Assembly (NCBI GenBank): GCA_907165135.1
Contig: OU015568.1
Coordinates: forward strand, 10,292,001 to 10,356,000
DNA from: Oikopleura dioica
Taxonomy: Eukaryota > Animalia > Chordata
Direction: 5' to 3'
DNA length: 64,000 nucleotides
Shown one piece after another: positions 25,516-38,002 of the stretch. Numbering within the stretch: the stretch's first letter is position 1; each line of letters starts with the position of its first letter. Under the pieces are notes generated by a model, which was not told the DNA's origin, ran no database searches, and worked only from the letters and a program-made list of their open reading frames with translations. The position numbers and the translations under genes are program-made.

Positions 25516-28500
25516 CTAACGGCGTTTGCCAACTGCAGTGCTCCAGCCATCAGACTCGGCAGGAGGCGCGTCACGCTTAGGAGATGGCTCGCGACGTGGT
25601 GGGGCACCACGGGGCTAGAATATGTTAACTTTAGAAAAAATATCACTTTCTTACCTCATCTCGGCGATCGTCCCGTCGCCAAGCAGGTGGTCCATCTCGT
25701 CGAGGCGGAGAACCTCCTCGTCGCGGTGGCGAGGCACCTCGTCGTGGGGGAGGGCCTCGATCATCCCGTGGACCTGCTCGCCAGGCGCCTTCTGATCTTG
25801 GTGGCGAGAATCGTCGGCGAGGTGGGGAACCTCCTCGTCTCGGTGGAGAGCCTCCGCGTCGTGGAGGAGACATTCGTCGTCCAGGTGGACCTCGTGGTGG
25901 GGAAAATCGTCTTGGAGGCGATCGTCGACCTGGAGAGAAGCGTCGTGGGCCTGGTCCATCTCGTCGTGGAGGCGAGTATGGTCGTCGGCCACCTGGCGAT
26001 GGTGATCGTCGACGAGGAGAGAATCGTCGGGGACCTGGTCCATCTCGAGGTGGTCCGTCCCGTCGAGGAGAGAATCGTCGAGGTGGAGATCGACGGCCGG
26101 GAGATGGGCCTCTTCTCCAAGCACCGCCTCCTCGGCCAGGAGATGGAGATCGACGAGCACCGAATGAACGGATGGGTGGTCCGCGGCGGTCGGGCGAGGG
26201 TCCTCGTCTTGGCGGGGATCGACGGCCAGGGGAGCCTCTTCGGGGAGGAGAGCCTCCACGTCGCCAAGGACCAGCACCTCCGGGCGATGGAGATCGTCTT
26301 CGGTCGAAACCTCCTGGTGGTCGATAACGATCGTCTCGAGGTGGGCTTCGTTTACGCATTCGCTCCTCTTCTGCTTGAAAATTTATGACTTTGCTAAGAA
26401 ATAAGACTTTACCTTCGCGTCGGGCGGCTTCCCTTCGTCGTTCTTCTTCGGCGGCCTCGATTTCTTCTAAAAAATAAATAAGACTTGAGAAAAGAAAAAT
26501 AATCTTACTTTGTCGACGGGCCTCGGCTTCTTCTTCCTTTCGTCGAATTTCTTCTTTTCGGCATTCTTCAAGCCATTCTTCGCGTCGTTCTGCGATTCGG
26601 TCTTGTCTTCTTTGTTCAAGACGGATCTTTCGTTCGGCTGCAACCTCCGCATCGAAGGCTTTCTTCTTCTTTTCGTAGAGCTCTCGTCGCTCTCGCTAAA
26701 ACACATTTAGATCCATTTGGCAGTCGTTTCTGTATACCTTGAGCTTTTCTTTGAAACCTGCAGCATCTTCTGACATAAAAGACAGTCGTTGCTTCGTCGC
26801 CAAATCATTTTCCCAGTCAGATCGCATTTGTTGCATTCGGACGTCTTCCATTTCCTCCATGAGGAGTCGAGTCTTGGCAGCTTGCTCTCGATTGTACTCC
26901 TCCATTTTGGGAATCTCAGCGAGTCGCTTCGCTCGTTCGAAGTAATCAAACTATAATTTACGATAAGAAAAATGCTTTATCAAATTCAAACTTACGCTAC
27001 GCTCGACCTTCTTGAGCTTTTCTTGGTCTTCACGCTTGATTTCCTTGAATTTCTTGACTCGCTCCTGGAAGAGCTCGTTCAAGTCAACAGTCAGCAGCAT
27101 CTCAGCTGTGAGATCAGAGAACAGCTTCGCACCAAGTTCAGACTTGCGCATGCTCTCGAGCTTTTCACGAGCCTGTCGGAGTTGCTCAGCCTTCTCTTCT
27201 TCTGTCTTTCGGAGAGCTTCCAATCGATCTCGGTCTCGCTTTTCTTTATCAGCGATTTCCTTCTCCTTATCAGCCTTGTCTCGGGCTTTCTTTTCTCGCT
27301 CACGGGTGGCTCGCTCTCGAACTTCAGTTTCACACTCTTCAATGCGCTCTTCGATTTCATCTCGTCGGTTCTTGAGTCGGTTGGACTCTCGGGATCGTGC
27401 CTTGATGTAAGCGGCATAGTTGTTCGTTCGGCGCTTGATCGTAAGTTTCTGCTCCTCATCAGACTTGAGCTGGATGATGGCCATTTCGAGGACTCGCGAG
27501 AGATCGTTCAGACGGTTGGAGATCCATTCATTTTGGGTGTCAGTTCTTGAAGCAGTCAAAGGATCAATGGACATTTCGTCATCGACGTAGAGTGGTGCGG
27601 GGTCGGATTCTCGGCCAAAGTTGATGATGTCCTTTGAATGATCAATTCGGACGCGGAGCTGACCGATTCGAGAAGCATCGACGATCATTCGCTCAACTTC
27701 TTGTCGAGACATGTCGGGGAGAAGCTTGATAAGCTTGGGGAACTTGACAGTCATGTAGATCTTGGAGACCTGGATCAGAATTCGAGAAGCCATCACGTTC
27801 TTGATTTTCTGAGCGTAGAGAGCGTGGTACTCTCGCATACGCTCGGACTCGTGATTTTCAAGCCATTTGAGGATGTCCTCGACTTCGCCCTTCATCTTCA
27901 AAGAGCCTTCTTCGGTCTCGAGAAGCTCGTAAAGTCGGACGAGCTGCTTTGGGATGATTCGCAGAACGCCATATCGAGAGATCATGTCGGTCATGAGAGA
28001 AGCACGAGTTGGGGTTCGCTCAAGCTCAAGGAGACGAGCCATCTTCTGATGCTTTTCGACTAGAGCATTTTCGATGTCGAGCATCTTTCCGAGACCGTGC
28101 TTGACCGATGTGATGGGGATGGACATGGTCGAGATAAGCATCATCGAGGCAAGGGTGGAGAGCTCTTGCTGAGACAGATTCTTCCGAAGATCACGAGTGA
28201 GCTTGAAGAGCTTATGTCGGGTGCAAGCATGGAAGAGATGCATGTTGGCTTTCATGAAGACAACACCGAGCTTGGTATAGAACTCAGCGAGTTTACCAGG
28301 GTGTGGTTGTCGCTTCGGGATGTTCATCAAGTAGTGAATATCCTCAACAGCCTTGAAGGCTTCTTGCCAGAGTTCGATTTTGATGCCGAAATCCAGCTGG
28401 GCGATTCGGATGTCCAAATGAATAGCTTGAGACTCGGGATTCTGGAGGGAAATCGCAGTCGCGGCGTTCTTACCCTTGGTTCCTCGAGTGATCTGGTTCA

Positions 28501-29220
28501 AATGGCTTCGGAGAGTGTCGGAAAGTCGTCGGAACTCGTTCTTTCGATCGTACTTGACACAGAAGGTCATAGCGAGCTTGGCAATATCTTGGTAGAGTCG
28601 CTCGACTGGCTTGTTGTTTCGGAGAAGGTCCAAGCAGTTTCTGTACGCGTCCCAGAGGAACTTGATCCATGGCACAAGGATTTCGATGTTGGCTCGATCT
28701 TGGGTATCTTCGCCGGTGACAGCGCCGAGCATCATGTCTTCAGGAGTCATAGGAACTTCCAAATCCTCAATCGCAGCGAGAGTCTCGCTATCAGCTTCTT
28801 CCGACGCATCGACGCCGCCCATTGCAATCTTGCGCTCAAGAGCGAGCTTCTTACTTTCTTCCTGAGCCTGCTTGACGCGGGCCTCAGCCTTCGACAAATA
28901 CTTTCGGACGACGTATTCGAGACTTTGAACATTCATCGTGTGGCAAGTGAGCTTGTACTGGAACAGCGACTCTTTTGCTGCTTTTGAGTCCTTCAACTGG
29001 ACGTTTAAGTCGATCAGGGTTTCCATAATCTGTTCATGGACCTAAGAACGCATGAGTCTTCGTTGGTTTAAAAAGAAGCGAGTACCTTGGTCCAATTTCG
29101 ATGTCGCTTACTCTTGATGACATCGATGAGAACTTCCTGGGCCGACTTGGGCTTCTGGACGACCAGAAACTCCTGTGCCTTTTTGAGAGCATTCTCAGGA
29201 CGCTGAAAATGCTCAGGCAT
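25516..29220 (-). CDS. EIF3A: Eukaryotic translation initiation factor 3 subunit A
   Basis: [18 protein letters not shown]...[47 protein letters not shown] domain, coiled coil, Arg/Pro-rich tail. Confidence 0.96.
25643..26359 (-). repeat. Coding imperfect tandem repeats (RRFSPPRR / GGSPPRR / AWRRG) in the eIF3a C-terminal exon
   Basis: Recurring GAGAATCGTCG and CCTCCTCGTC units on the + strand; about 20 S-P-x-R motifs in translation. Confidence 0.85.
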
Positions 29221-29637
29221 CCTGAATATCATACAATTGTTAGTAACTCCTTTTGGAACAGATATAAAATAACTCTTAGTGTCACAAGTAGTTTTAGAAC
29301 AGACAGGGCTTGAGCTCGGACAGGAGAAATAGAAAGGAAACGATCAATGAAGAAAATTATTTCAATAGTAAATATTTTCAAAAAAGAGAAAACTATAGTA
29401 AAAATCGGGAAATCGCAACTAGCCTGGAAAATTTTTCACAGCTTTTTTATGTTGTTTTTGCATTTTTCATTAAAATATTACCGTTTAGTTTTCACGTGTA
29501 TGTTTGTGTGTACGCGTATTCAGAATAGAATAATTGGTTGAAAAGGCATTTAGTAAATGAAAAAATAAATGCGGTAATCGAAATAGTAAATGAGTCCACA
29601 GAAAACTAATGCGCAAAAATTTTTAACAAAAAATCGT

Positions 29638-30678
29638 TTATTGAACGGTGTTTCGAACGGGGATCACAATTTCGCCGGGATCTTTGTCCCCAGGGCCGTA
29701 ATACAGCTCCTCTTCTCCGATTCCTCTGATGACTACCGAGCAATGCTCCGTTCTCTGGCGCATCGGGGGCCCGAAGAGTTCCATGTAATGTTGTGGGGGT
29801 CCAAACAAGTCCAATCGCGGGGGCCCGTACCTCAATGAAAACGTAAATGACTCATCAAATATGACTCAGAGCAGTGGCGCTAGGCACGTACGCTACTACA
29901 GTTATCTTTCATCCCTCTTTTAAAAAACGTTGCTAATACGGGTATTAATTAACTCGAAAATAAAGCTCGATTGAGAAAAAACATTTTTTAGTAATTCACT
30001 TTTTAGGCTTAGACTTCGTTTTTTGCTTCTTCTCCTCTGATTCTGCTTCTGTAGGCTCGACCACGGGGGCTTCATTCTTTGGCGATCCAGGAAGATTCTC
30101 CGAAAGGACTTCCTCTCGTTCGCGTTCGCTTTGGATATCACTGTGGTTGACCTGAATGCGAATTCTATTTTTTCTAGAGAAAACGAGAGTCTTTTACCTC
30201 CAAATGTCGCGTTGGAGTTCCTTTTCGTTTTCTTTTGTTAGGCCTGGCAGAGTGTTCGGAATTAGCGACAGAGGCAGGAGAGTCGGTTTGTCTTACGTTG
30301 CTGATATTCTGAAGTCAAAACTAAAAGGGCTACTTTTCGCATAAAAATTACATTTTCGGAAGTAGAGTCTTTTGTACTCATTTCGTCATCTTCCTTCATT
30401 GGTTCGGCTGTTTCTTCTTCACCAGCTTCAGAGCGAGTACCTTCGACAGGCTCCTCTTCACCAAGAGGTGAGTCCTCGTTGTCTTCACCATCTTTTTCAC
30501 TTTCTTTTGAATGCTCATCATAATGTACTGGGGTTTCTTCCGATTCGACTGGTGTCTCTTCCTCCGATTTAGTCTCCATTTCCATCGGTTCGTCTGGATT
30601 AGAGGCTTTCTCAGCTTCAGAACTCTCTACTGGAGAAGTTTCCTCAGGAGCTATAGCCTCTGGTTCTGACGCTTCCAT
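29638..30678 (-). CDS. Acidic low-complexity orphan protein with a KRKRK NLS-like motif
   Basis: Exons 30678-~30351, ~30308-30198 and ~30151-30000 join in frame via GT-AG introns. The ATG-less ORF 29638-29835 fits as last exon through a phase-2 junction (AA|G); otherwise the gene stops at 29996. Confidence 0.6.
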
Positions 30679-31372
30679 TATTAGTAAATCTGAATTCGCT
30701 ATTTTTCGTTTTCAAGTTTTATTGAATATAAATGTTTATTTGAACAATTATCTCGCTTATTATTGCACATAAGTATAGAGAAAAAAGCAGTAGGAAAAAT
30801 AAAACACGCGATAAAATAAAATAATGAATTGGTAACGAAAAAAATAGTTATATCTTCTTTTGATGATAGATAGGGAGTATGAAGAGAGGGAATAGTAGTT
30901 TGATATAAGAACGAGAAAAAAGCTTCTTATTTTTGGATGATGAAAAATAGTCTTTATAAATAAATATTGTTCTTTATGTTTTGTTTTGAGATTGCATATG
31001 GTACAAAATTGAAGAAATTTTCTGCAGATTCAACGTATTGAACATTTTTATCATGGTTTCTTGTTTGCGAAAGCAATCCGACTTGTTTATGGTGTAATAA
31101 AAGCTTTTTATTAGGTTGATGCAAAAAATGAAAAAAAAAACGGCTACGAAGATACTTCTACTTTGATAAGGGAAAGGTTCATCTTGAGCAATAAGGAAGT
31201 TAAGGAAGATGCTGATTTGGCACGCAGAATATGAAAAAATAGTCTACTAAAGATAGAATTCTTCTAGCGCTTTCTCTCTAGAATAATAGGAAATAGGGAT
31301 TTTCGAGCTGAATGACGATGACGCATTTTGAAAAACTGGGCGAACAAGTGTTCAGGTGTTGAAGTGCATTTT

Positions 31373-34300
31373 TTACATCGAGGGGTTCTCTTCGAACTTC
31401 GTATACGACTCAGATAGTTGCATAAAAATAGCTCTGGCGAGTTTCTCGTGCTCTCCGCCTGTGTGCTTATCCGGGTGCACGACGAGACAGGCTCGTCGAT
31501 ACGATTTCTTTACAGCGACAGGCTGACGATTAAATATTAATCCCCAAGTTTTTTTCCTCGTTTTGTTACCTGTAAAATTTCGCCGACAGAGATTGGCTTC
31601 CAAGTGTTGCCCTCCCAGAGGACATCTTGAAGCGAGGCAATTAATGCTCTTACATTTGCCTCTTTGCCCTTGGCCCAAGTCTCTACTTTCACATCGATTG
31701 GATCTCGATATTTGTTTTCAGTCTCGCGCTAAGCAGATGCGGCGTTAAATAACATCCGTAAGTAAATAAATTACCTTCATGTCGCCCATTTTCCTATTCT
31801 TTTCCGCCGATTTTTGACCAATATTGCCGAAGCCAGAAAGCAGGTCGTCAAAAGCGCCACCCTTCTTGGCACCAGAAGCTTGACCATTTGTTTGGGCAGA
31901 AGGAGGCTGTTGTGCTTTGGTTTGTTGCTGTTTGTAAGCATTTACGTTCGTCTGAAAGGATGCCGATTTACACTGATGCCGATAAAGAAGACGAAGTTAC
32001 CTGCATGTACGCATTCGGATTCCACCCGCCTGAAGCCTGTCCGGGATTTGCTGCTGGTCTTGTTTGGAATGTGGCTCCCCAAGCACCGCCAGCCATTCCT
32101 GCTGACTGCTGCTGCTGTTGTGGTTGTCTATATTGCTGTTGTTGCTGCTGTTGTTGTGGACGAGTGGGTTGAAATCCAGCAGCCATGTTGTTTGATCCAT
32201 TCATTTGGTTCATCGAAGGCTTTGGAAGAGAGCTACCCATGGAAGTTAAGTTGGCAAATGGATCGTAAGATTGTTGACTTTGTTGCTGAGATTGCTGCAT
32301 GTTCGAAAAGTTTGCTCGGCTTGCACCAGCGCTGCTTGATAGAATATTTGAGGCGCTCCAGTCGCCCATAAGATCTGGTCCGTCATCTTTTTTCTGAGGG
32401 GCTAGAAATTGAATTTGAAAATTTATACAGGAGTCTTGAAGTAGTACCTGGGGCCATAGGATCAAAGGCATTGGGCGTATTGTTGTTCGTTGGAGTCCTT
32501 TGCTCCCATTGAGAAAAGGGATCATAGTTTTTATCGGCCGTTGAAGCAGCTGGTTGCGATGCAGGTTGAGAAGGAGCAGAATTCATTCCTCCAAGAAGAT
32601 CAGCGACCGGTGCACTCTGAGCTGGAGCTGCTTGTGCGACAGGCTCTGACGGTTTTGGTGCTAAGAAAACGATGATAAGAAGTGTAATGATTAAGAGAAT
32701 CAAAAACCTGACGACCAATCAAGAGTGTCAAAAAAGTTAGCGTCCTGTGCTGGTGCTTGCGCCGGAGCAGCTTGTGGCTCTGGCTGCTTTGACACTACTG
32801 GCTCGGGATCGGGATCAAACGTCTGGTAGGACGGCTCGTCTCTACCACGATCATGATCGTTGAAGTCAGAGTATGGATTGAACTCCTGCGGAGCCTACAG
32901 AATAGTTTTTACTTTGATGACAAATAAATTTTGAAAAAGAAAATGATGAGAAATTAATCCAACAGCACCTGAGAGTGCTTTGGTCCCGATCGCGGGATAT
33001 TGATTCCATTCTTTCGTAACTGGTGGTCCCATCCTTTTTGCTCGGCGAACTCAGCCGCACTGCCCACAGCGTCGTTAATACCTGACTTGAGTTTCGAGAA
33101 AAGACCGGAGCCGATTTTGGCAGCTTTGTTGAGCGCCGAACCAGCCTAAAGATAAGAATAGTTTCGTTTAATCCAAAAATTTTTTTTTAAAACACCCTAG
33201 GTAGTAAAATATCTCGTCTATAGTTAGCACCAGTTGTAAAGTGAAATTTAGTCACCTATCAAACCTTTTTCTTATTCCAGTATTGTGCCTGCTTACGTCT
33301 TTTTAAAGAAATCATGTAAATATCGTCAGATAACTTACCTGCTCGCCAAAGGATGAGCTATTCGACATTCCCTGCTGATCGGGAGAAGGAGAAGGCGAGA
33401 ACTTAGGAGGGCTTTCTGCTCGAGCCGGCACTGGTGTTATTGGATCGCTAACAATTTATGATTGGTTTTATGATACGCGCATGGTCGAATTATACCTTCC
33501 TTGGATGTTACAATTATCCGCCACGGCTCTCAACGTATCCATAAGGTCTGGAATGTTTCCACAACGATTTCTTGGGTCCAAAACCAGGAGTTTCTTGACT
33601 ATACTCGAGAAAGGAGCATGCTCAGGTCTTGTTGAAGGCGAGTACCGTCCATTGATGATTGCTAGTTTTTCGCCGAGTTCAAAAGGATGCTTTCCTGTTG
33701 TTAGAAGCACCAGTAAACAACCCATTGCCCATAAATCCTGTCGTTTATCAATCGGAAAGTTTGAATATAAATCACATATTTCGGGAGCACGATAAGCAGG
33801 AGTTGTGCATCTTTGACTGTCTTCTTCGACTTGTGTACGCTTCATGTGATTCCACGAGTCGTCTGGAATATATGTTTCAGTCGTTACGCTGCCGAAGTCG
33901 CATAATTTCACGATGCCACCTTGAGTTAGCAGAAGGTTCTCTCCCTTGATATCTCTGTGAATATGCGGCGGGTTGAGTTTGTGAAGGGCGCCAATAGCTG
34001 ATGCAGCTTGGTACATGACTTTTGTAGTTTCGTTTCGATCTAGATATCCTCCTCTGTCTTTAAGTAAATCTGTGACTTGAACGGGGCACCATTCCATGAC
34101 AACCAAGAGCTCATCATATCCTGCAGCGTTTTTGCCAACTTGCGCAGCTTAAAAAGTCTTCAAGATTTATAAACCGACACTAGAACTTACCAGTGACAAA
34201 TCCGACGATATTCTTGTGGTTCATCTTTTTGAGAAGTCCCGCTTCTCTGATAACTTCCTTCTTTCGCTCGGGATCACTGGACAACAATCTCTTTATCGCA

Positions 34301-34461
34301 ACTGTCTGTCCACTCATCTCATTCGTCGCCTTATAAACAATCGCGAAGCCCCCTTCTGCCACTTTTTTCGTGACATTGAGTCTGTGTTGGCCAGCTTCGA
34401 CGACCGACCCGACTAGATTATCTCCCGAACCTCCTAACATCGACCGGAACAAGTCGGCCAT
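31373..34461 (-). CDS. GAK: Cyclin G-associated kinase / auxilin (NAK kinase plus C-terminal J domain)
   Basis: VAEGGFAIVY, HRDIKGENLLL, KLCDFGS, TTPAYRAPE; DPF motifs in the linker; J domain NVRALIASLQDVLWEG...VKKSYRRACLVVHPDKHTG...ARAIFMQLSESY. Confidence 0.93.
32106..32156 (-). repeat. CAG/CAA polyglutamine tract in the GAK linker
   Basis: PQQQQQQQQYRQPQQQQQ in frame. Confidence 0.8.
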
Positions 34462-34986
34462 GTTCTGGTCTGTAGGCTTTCTGAAGACATAGAAGATAAG
34501 AACAACGATCATTTTTTCTTTCCAATTTCGAGTTACTGTTGTTAAATTTAACAAATTTTACTGAAGAAGTTCAGAAGATACAACTACTTTAAGCTAAGAG
34601 AGTCGGCGTTACGAATCAGGGAACTGGATGAATGAATACTGTGGGAATTGTTTTAGTTTATTGTTTTTAACTGTTCGCCCTTATGTAAGGTTGTCCAGAC
34701 ATGTCAAGAGAGTTAATGGAGTATACGAAGGAAATCGCTGCGCCTTGCTGGGCTCAGCACTGCACAGGGGAGTATGGTTGCTTTTTGAATTAATGAACAA
34801 TTACATATGGTGGCAGTGAGGTACAGTCCTAACAATTTGTCCTAATGCTCTGCGATTTTGATATTCGGCGAGGTTACTGTAACAATTTTCAATTATACTA
34901 TTATAGTAAATAAAGTAGGCGATCCAAGTGGCATAAAATATGGCACAAGGATCGGACATGTGAGTGACTTTTTCAATCTTCCGTAT

Positions 34987-35768
34987 TTACAAATCGTCGT
35001 CTTCATCGGGAAGGGCAGACTCCTTGAGTATAGATTGAGAGAGGGATTAACGTATAAGGGACTTACGGAAGCCTTCTTGAGCTCATCCTCGTAGGCCTTG
35101 ATCATCTGAGGATCCATCTGCACTTCTGGTGGCGCGAGAGCTGGCGCAGCGACGAATTCGAGGTTGGGATCTCCGACGAGCTTTCGAGCGAGCCACAAGA
35201 AGGGCTTCTCGAAGTTGTAGTTTGACTTCGCTGAGATGTCATAGTACTAAAAGAGTAGAAAGGTGCTCTTGTGAGAGATGTCTTACTTGGAGATTTTTCT
35301 TTCGGTGGAAGACGATCGACTTAGCCTTGACTTTTCTGTCCTTGATGTCGACCTTGTTGCCAGTGAGGACGATGGGGATATTTTCGCATACTCGGGTGAG
35401 ATCTCTGTGCCAGTTGGGCACGTTTTTGTAAGTCACACGGGAGGTGACGTCGAACATGACGATCGCACATTGTCCTGCAAATGAAAACAGTATTGATCTC
35501 GCTCAAATCGATTGATTAGCCTCTTACCCTGAATATAGTATCCGTCCCGAAGACCGCCGAACTTCTCCTGGCCAGCAGTGTCCCAGACGTTGAAGCGAAG
35601 GGGGCCACGGTTGGTGTGGAAGACGAGGGGGTGAACTTCGACTCCCAATGTGGCGACGTATTTCTTCTCGAACTCACCAGTCAAGTGGCGCTTGACAAAG
35701 GTTGTCTTGCCGACACCACCGTCGCCGACAAGCACGAGCTTGAAAGTGGGCATTTCTTGATCTGCCAT
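34987..35768 (-). CDS. RAN: GTP-binding nuclear protein Ran
   Basis: [59 protein letters not shown], acidic end ALPDEDDDL*; 4 exons. Confidence 0.98.
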
Positions 35769-35840
35769 AGTGACCTTCCCTCACAGTCTTAACAAAATCG
35801 AGTATTCGAAAGGGCATTTGTTGAATAGAAGAAGAAAGAG

Positions 35841-37107
35841 TTAGAGAACGCGCTTGTTGTTAATATAAACGCCTTGAAAGCCCCCGTCGTCACTTTGACG
35901 AGTATAATCTTGGTAAAGAATTGAAGAAATTAAACCCATTATCGCTAGGAAAAGAGAATAGTAAACAGCACGGCGGACGGTGGATGTGGTGTCCCACTCC
36001 TTGCCCTTTGCATCGCGAACGCTATCAGATTTGTAAATTGTGGGAATGGAAGTGTCCACTGTTTCTGTCGGCGGATCCAAATGAAGCTCTGAGTCGACGT
36101 ATTCTAGTGATAAAGATAAGGGTTTGCAACTGTGGAGTTGTCCTACCTCGCTGGAGCTCTGTAGCTTGACTGAATTCACCGGCTCTTATTTTCGCTTTCA
36201 GATCTTTTTTACTCTTTTCGCGTGCTCGAAATGAGTCTATTGCTTGTTTCATCTAGAAAATTGATAGAAAAAATCGGGTTTCAGTGGACAATCTTACCTG
36301 CATAAATTTACTTCGCTTGTGCCCCCTTTGTAAAGAAATGGCCCTCGCACTGTTGATGTACTCCTGTTCGTTGTCCAAAAAGGCCTTTGTGATATTTTTC
36401 TGTTCATCTGGCGATAAGCTGTTGAATTCCTTCAACGACATGCCATAGAAACTCTGGTAGGTCAGATTCAATCTCGTGGGCGTTTTTAAATTTTCAGTGA
36501 AATTTCTCTGTCGCTCGACGAGAATGTCCGTGTCTCTAGAAACTGAATTTGCGATCGAGTTTTTGTTATTTCCGGTGTCTTACCGTGCGTAATCGACTGC
36601 ATACTGGTTCGACTGGAGACGCTCGATCGAGTTCATCAATAGTTCCATCTCGCGGACCGTGTTTTCCTGAAAATAGTCGATAAATATTTTTGTCAAGCCT
36701 GGATGAGTGAATAATCGAAACTGTCGAGCCCGGAAGTGAGCAAAGATCGTTAATGCAGTACGTTGTAATTCTCGAACTTTTACCTTCATTGCTTCAGAGC
36801 CAGATTTATTAATCTTCTCGATTCCGTATTCAATATCTTCGATGACTCGTTGAGAAATGTCTTTTCCAAGTCTGACTTTGTTTCCGTCGATTTCTTCCAA
36901 ATTCGACAAAACACGTGGAATCGCTTTTGATAATCTTGTCCCCTTTGGAATACTGACAGCCAGCTCCGCTCCTTTTTTAGGTTTGAAAAGCAAGCTCTTG
37001 AAAATGATTCATAATTCAGATAAAAACCCTTTTCCTTGGTCGCTGACGGAACTAGTCAATCGAATGTTGCCGATTCGCCATCTTCTGGAAAGACTAGGCC
37101 TTAGCAT
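35841..37107 (-). CDS. Orphan protein with putative mitochondrial presequence, helical core and C-terminal TM helix
   Basis: MLRPSLSRRWRIGNIRLTSS start (ATG 37107), four downstream ORFs flanked by splice signals, TM segment AVYYSLFLAIMGLISSILY. Some junctions unresolved. Confidence 0.55.
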
Positions 37108-37541
37108 CTCTCAAATTACGATTAATTTTGTCGAATCTCTTTTTTGTAACGGTTTTGAAGGTGTCTTTTCGCTCGAAGAAAACGCTGCACCAACTATCGA
37201 AAGCGCGCGCTCATTGGCCAAAAAGCCAATGACTCATCTGGTCAGAGGAATTTTCGCACTTCATGAAATAATACGTTTCTCAGTGTTTCAGTCTATAAAA
37301 AAACTGACGGAAACGAATTACTATTTATTGTCTTATCATTTATCATAAAGGACCCCCCTTCAACTTTTCCGCGAAAAAATCGAAAATTTCCAAACCTCTT
37401 TATTCTTGGTTCTCGGTGCGTCAGGGGGTTAATTGTTGTTTGAAAACTTGACCAGAGCGAGTTAAGACCAAGAAAATTCGATATATTTGCCAAAATTGCT
37501 CCATTTTCGCTATTTTTCGGCCAAAAGGCCAATTTTCAAGC

Positions 37542-37765
37542 ACGATTTTGAGGGTGTTAGAGTCGAGGTAGTCTCCAAAAAATGAAGCCTTAAAATCGTA
37601 TTATTACTCAAGCGACCAAAAACACTTAGAAAAGTGTGGACTCACCGCTCAACCGCTCACTGATCTCAAGTTGAGCGAGCGAGCGGCTGAGCGGTCTTGA
37701 GACATGTCGGTTGCGCTGAGCGAGCTCATCGCTCAGACATCGCTCAAATACCGCTTACTGCTCAA
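37542..37765. repeat. Cluster of inverted repeats built on GCTCA/TGAGC (possible MITE-like remnant or structured RNA)
   Basis: ACCGCTCA(37644)..TGAGCGGT(37695) stem with inner CCGCTC/GAGCGG and CTCAA/TTGAG; second stem CTGAGCGA..TCGCTCAG 37716-37736; ACGATTTTGAGG/CCTTAAAATCGT 37542-37599. Confidence 0.55.
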
Positions 37766-38002
37766 TCAAAATTTGAACCTTGCTCACAAAGGGTGCGGAA
37801 ACTCTTCACAGAACTGTACAAGTTATTTAGTAGTCTTTCCTCGAAAAAGCTCAGGCCTCCTTATACAAGCAAATTGCTCAATTGAATATTCTAAAGAGGG
37901 AAATTTATAGCGGGAAAACTCAACTTGTTCCATATAAATTGCTGAACGGAGGAAGAAATAATCGTTCCTTTTCTCAAAATATTATTATAAAGATTTTCTT
38001 GC

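Noticed and set aside
25651-26277. Alternative-frame ORFs (208 and 168 aa) in the eIF3a repeat exon
   Set aside because: GC-rich repeats lack stops in all frames; only the R/S/P frame joins the upstream exons.
25687-28987. Long plus-strand ORFs (233, 192, 141 and 296 aa) opposite eIF3a
   Set aside because: Antisense shadows of a codon-biased, repetitive coding strand; no motifs or splice/polyA support.
35841-35980. KASH-domain (nesprin) call for the C-terminal TM plus short tail
   Set aside because: The tail lacks the terminal PPPX and the conserved Cys; the N-terminus looks mitochondrial.
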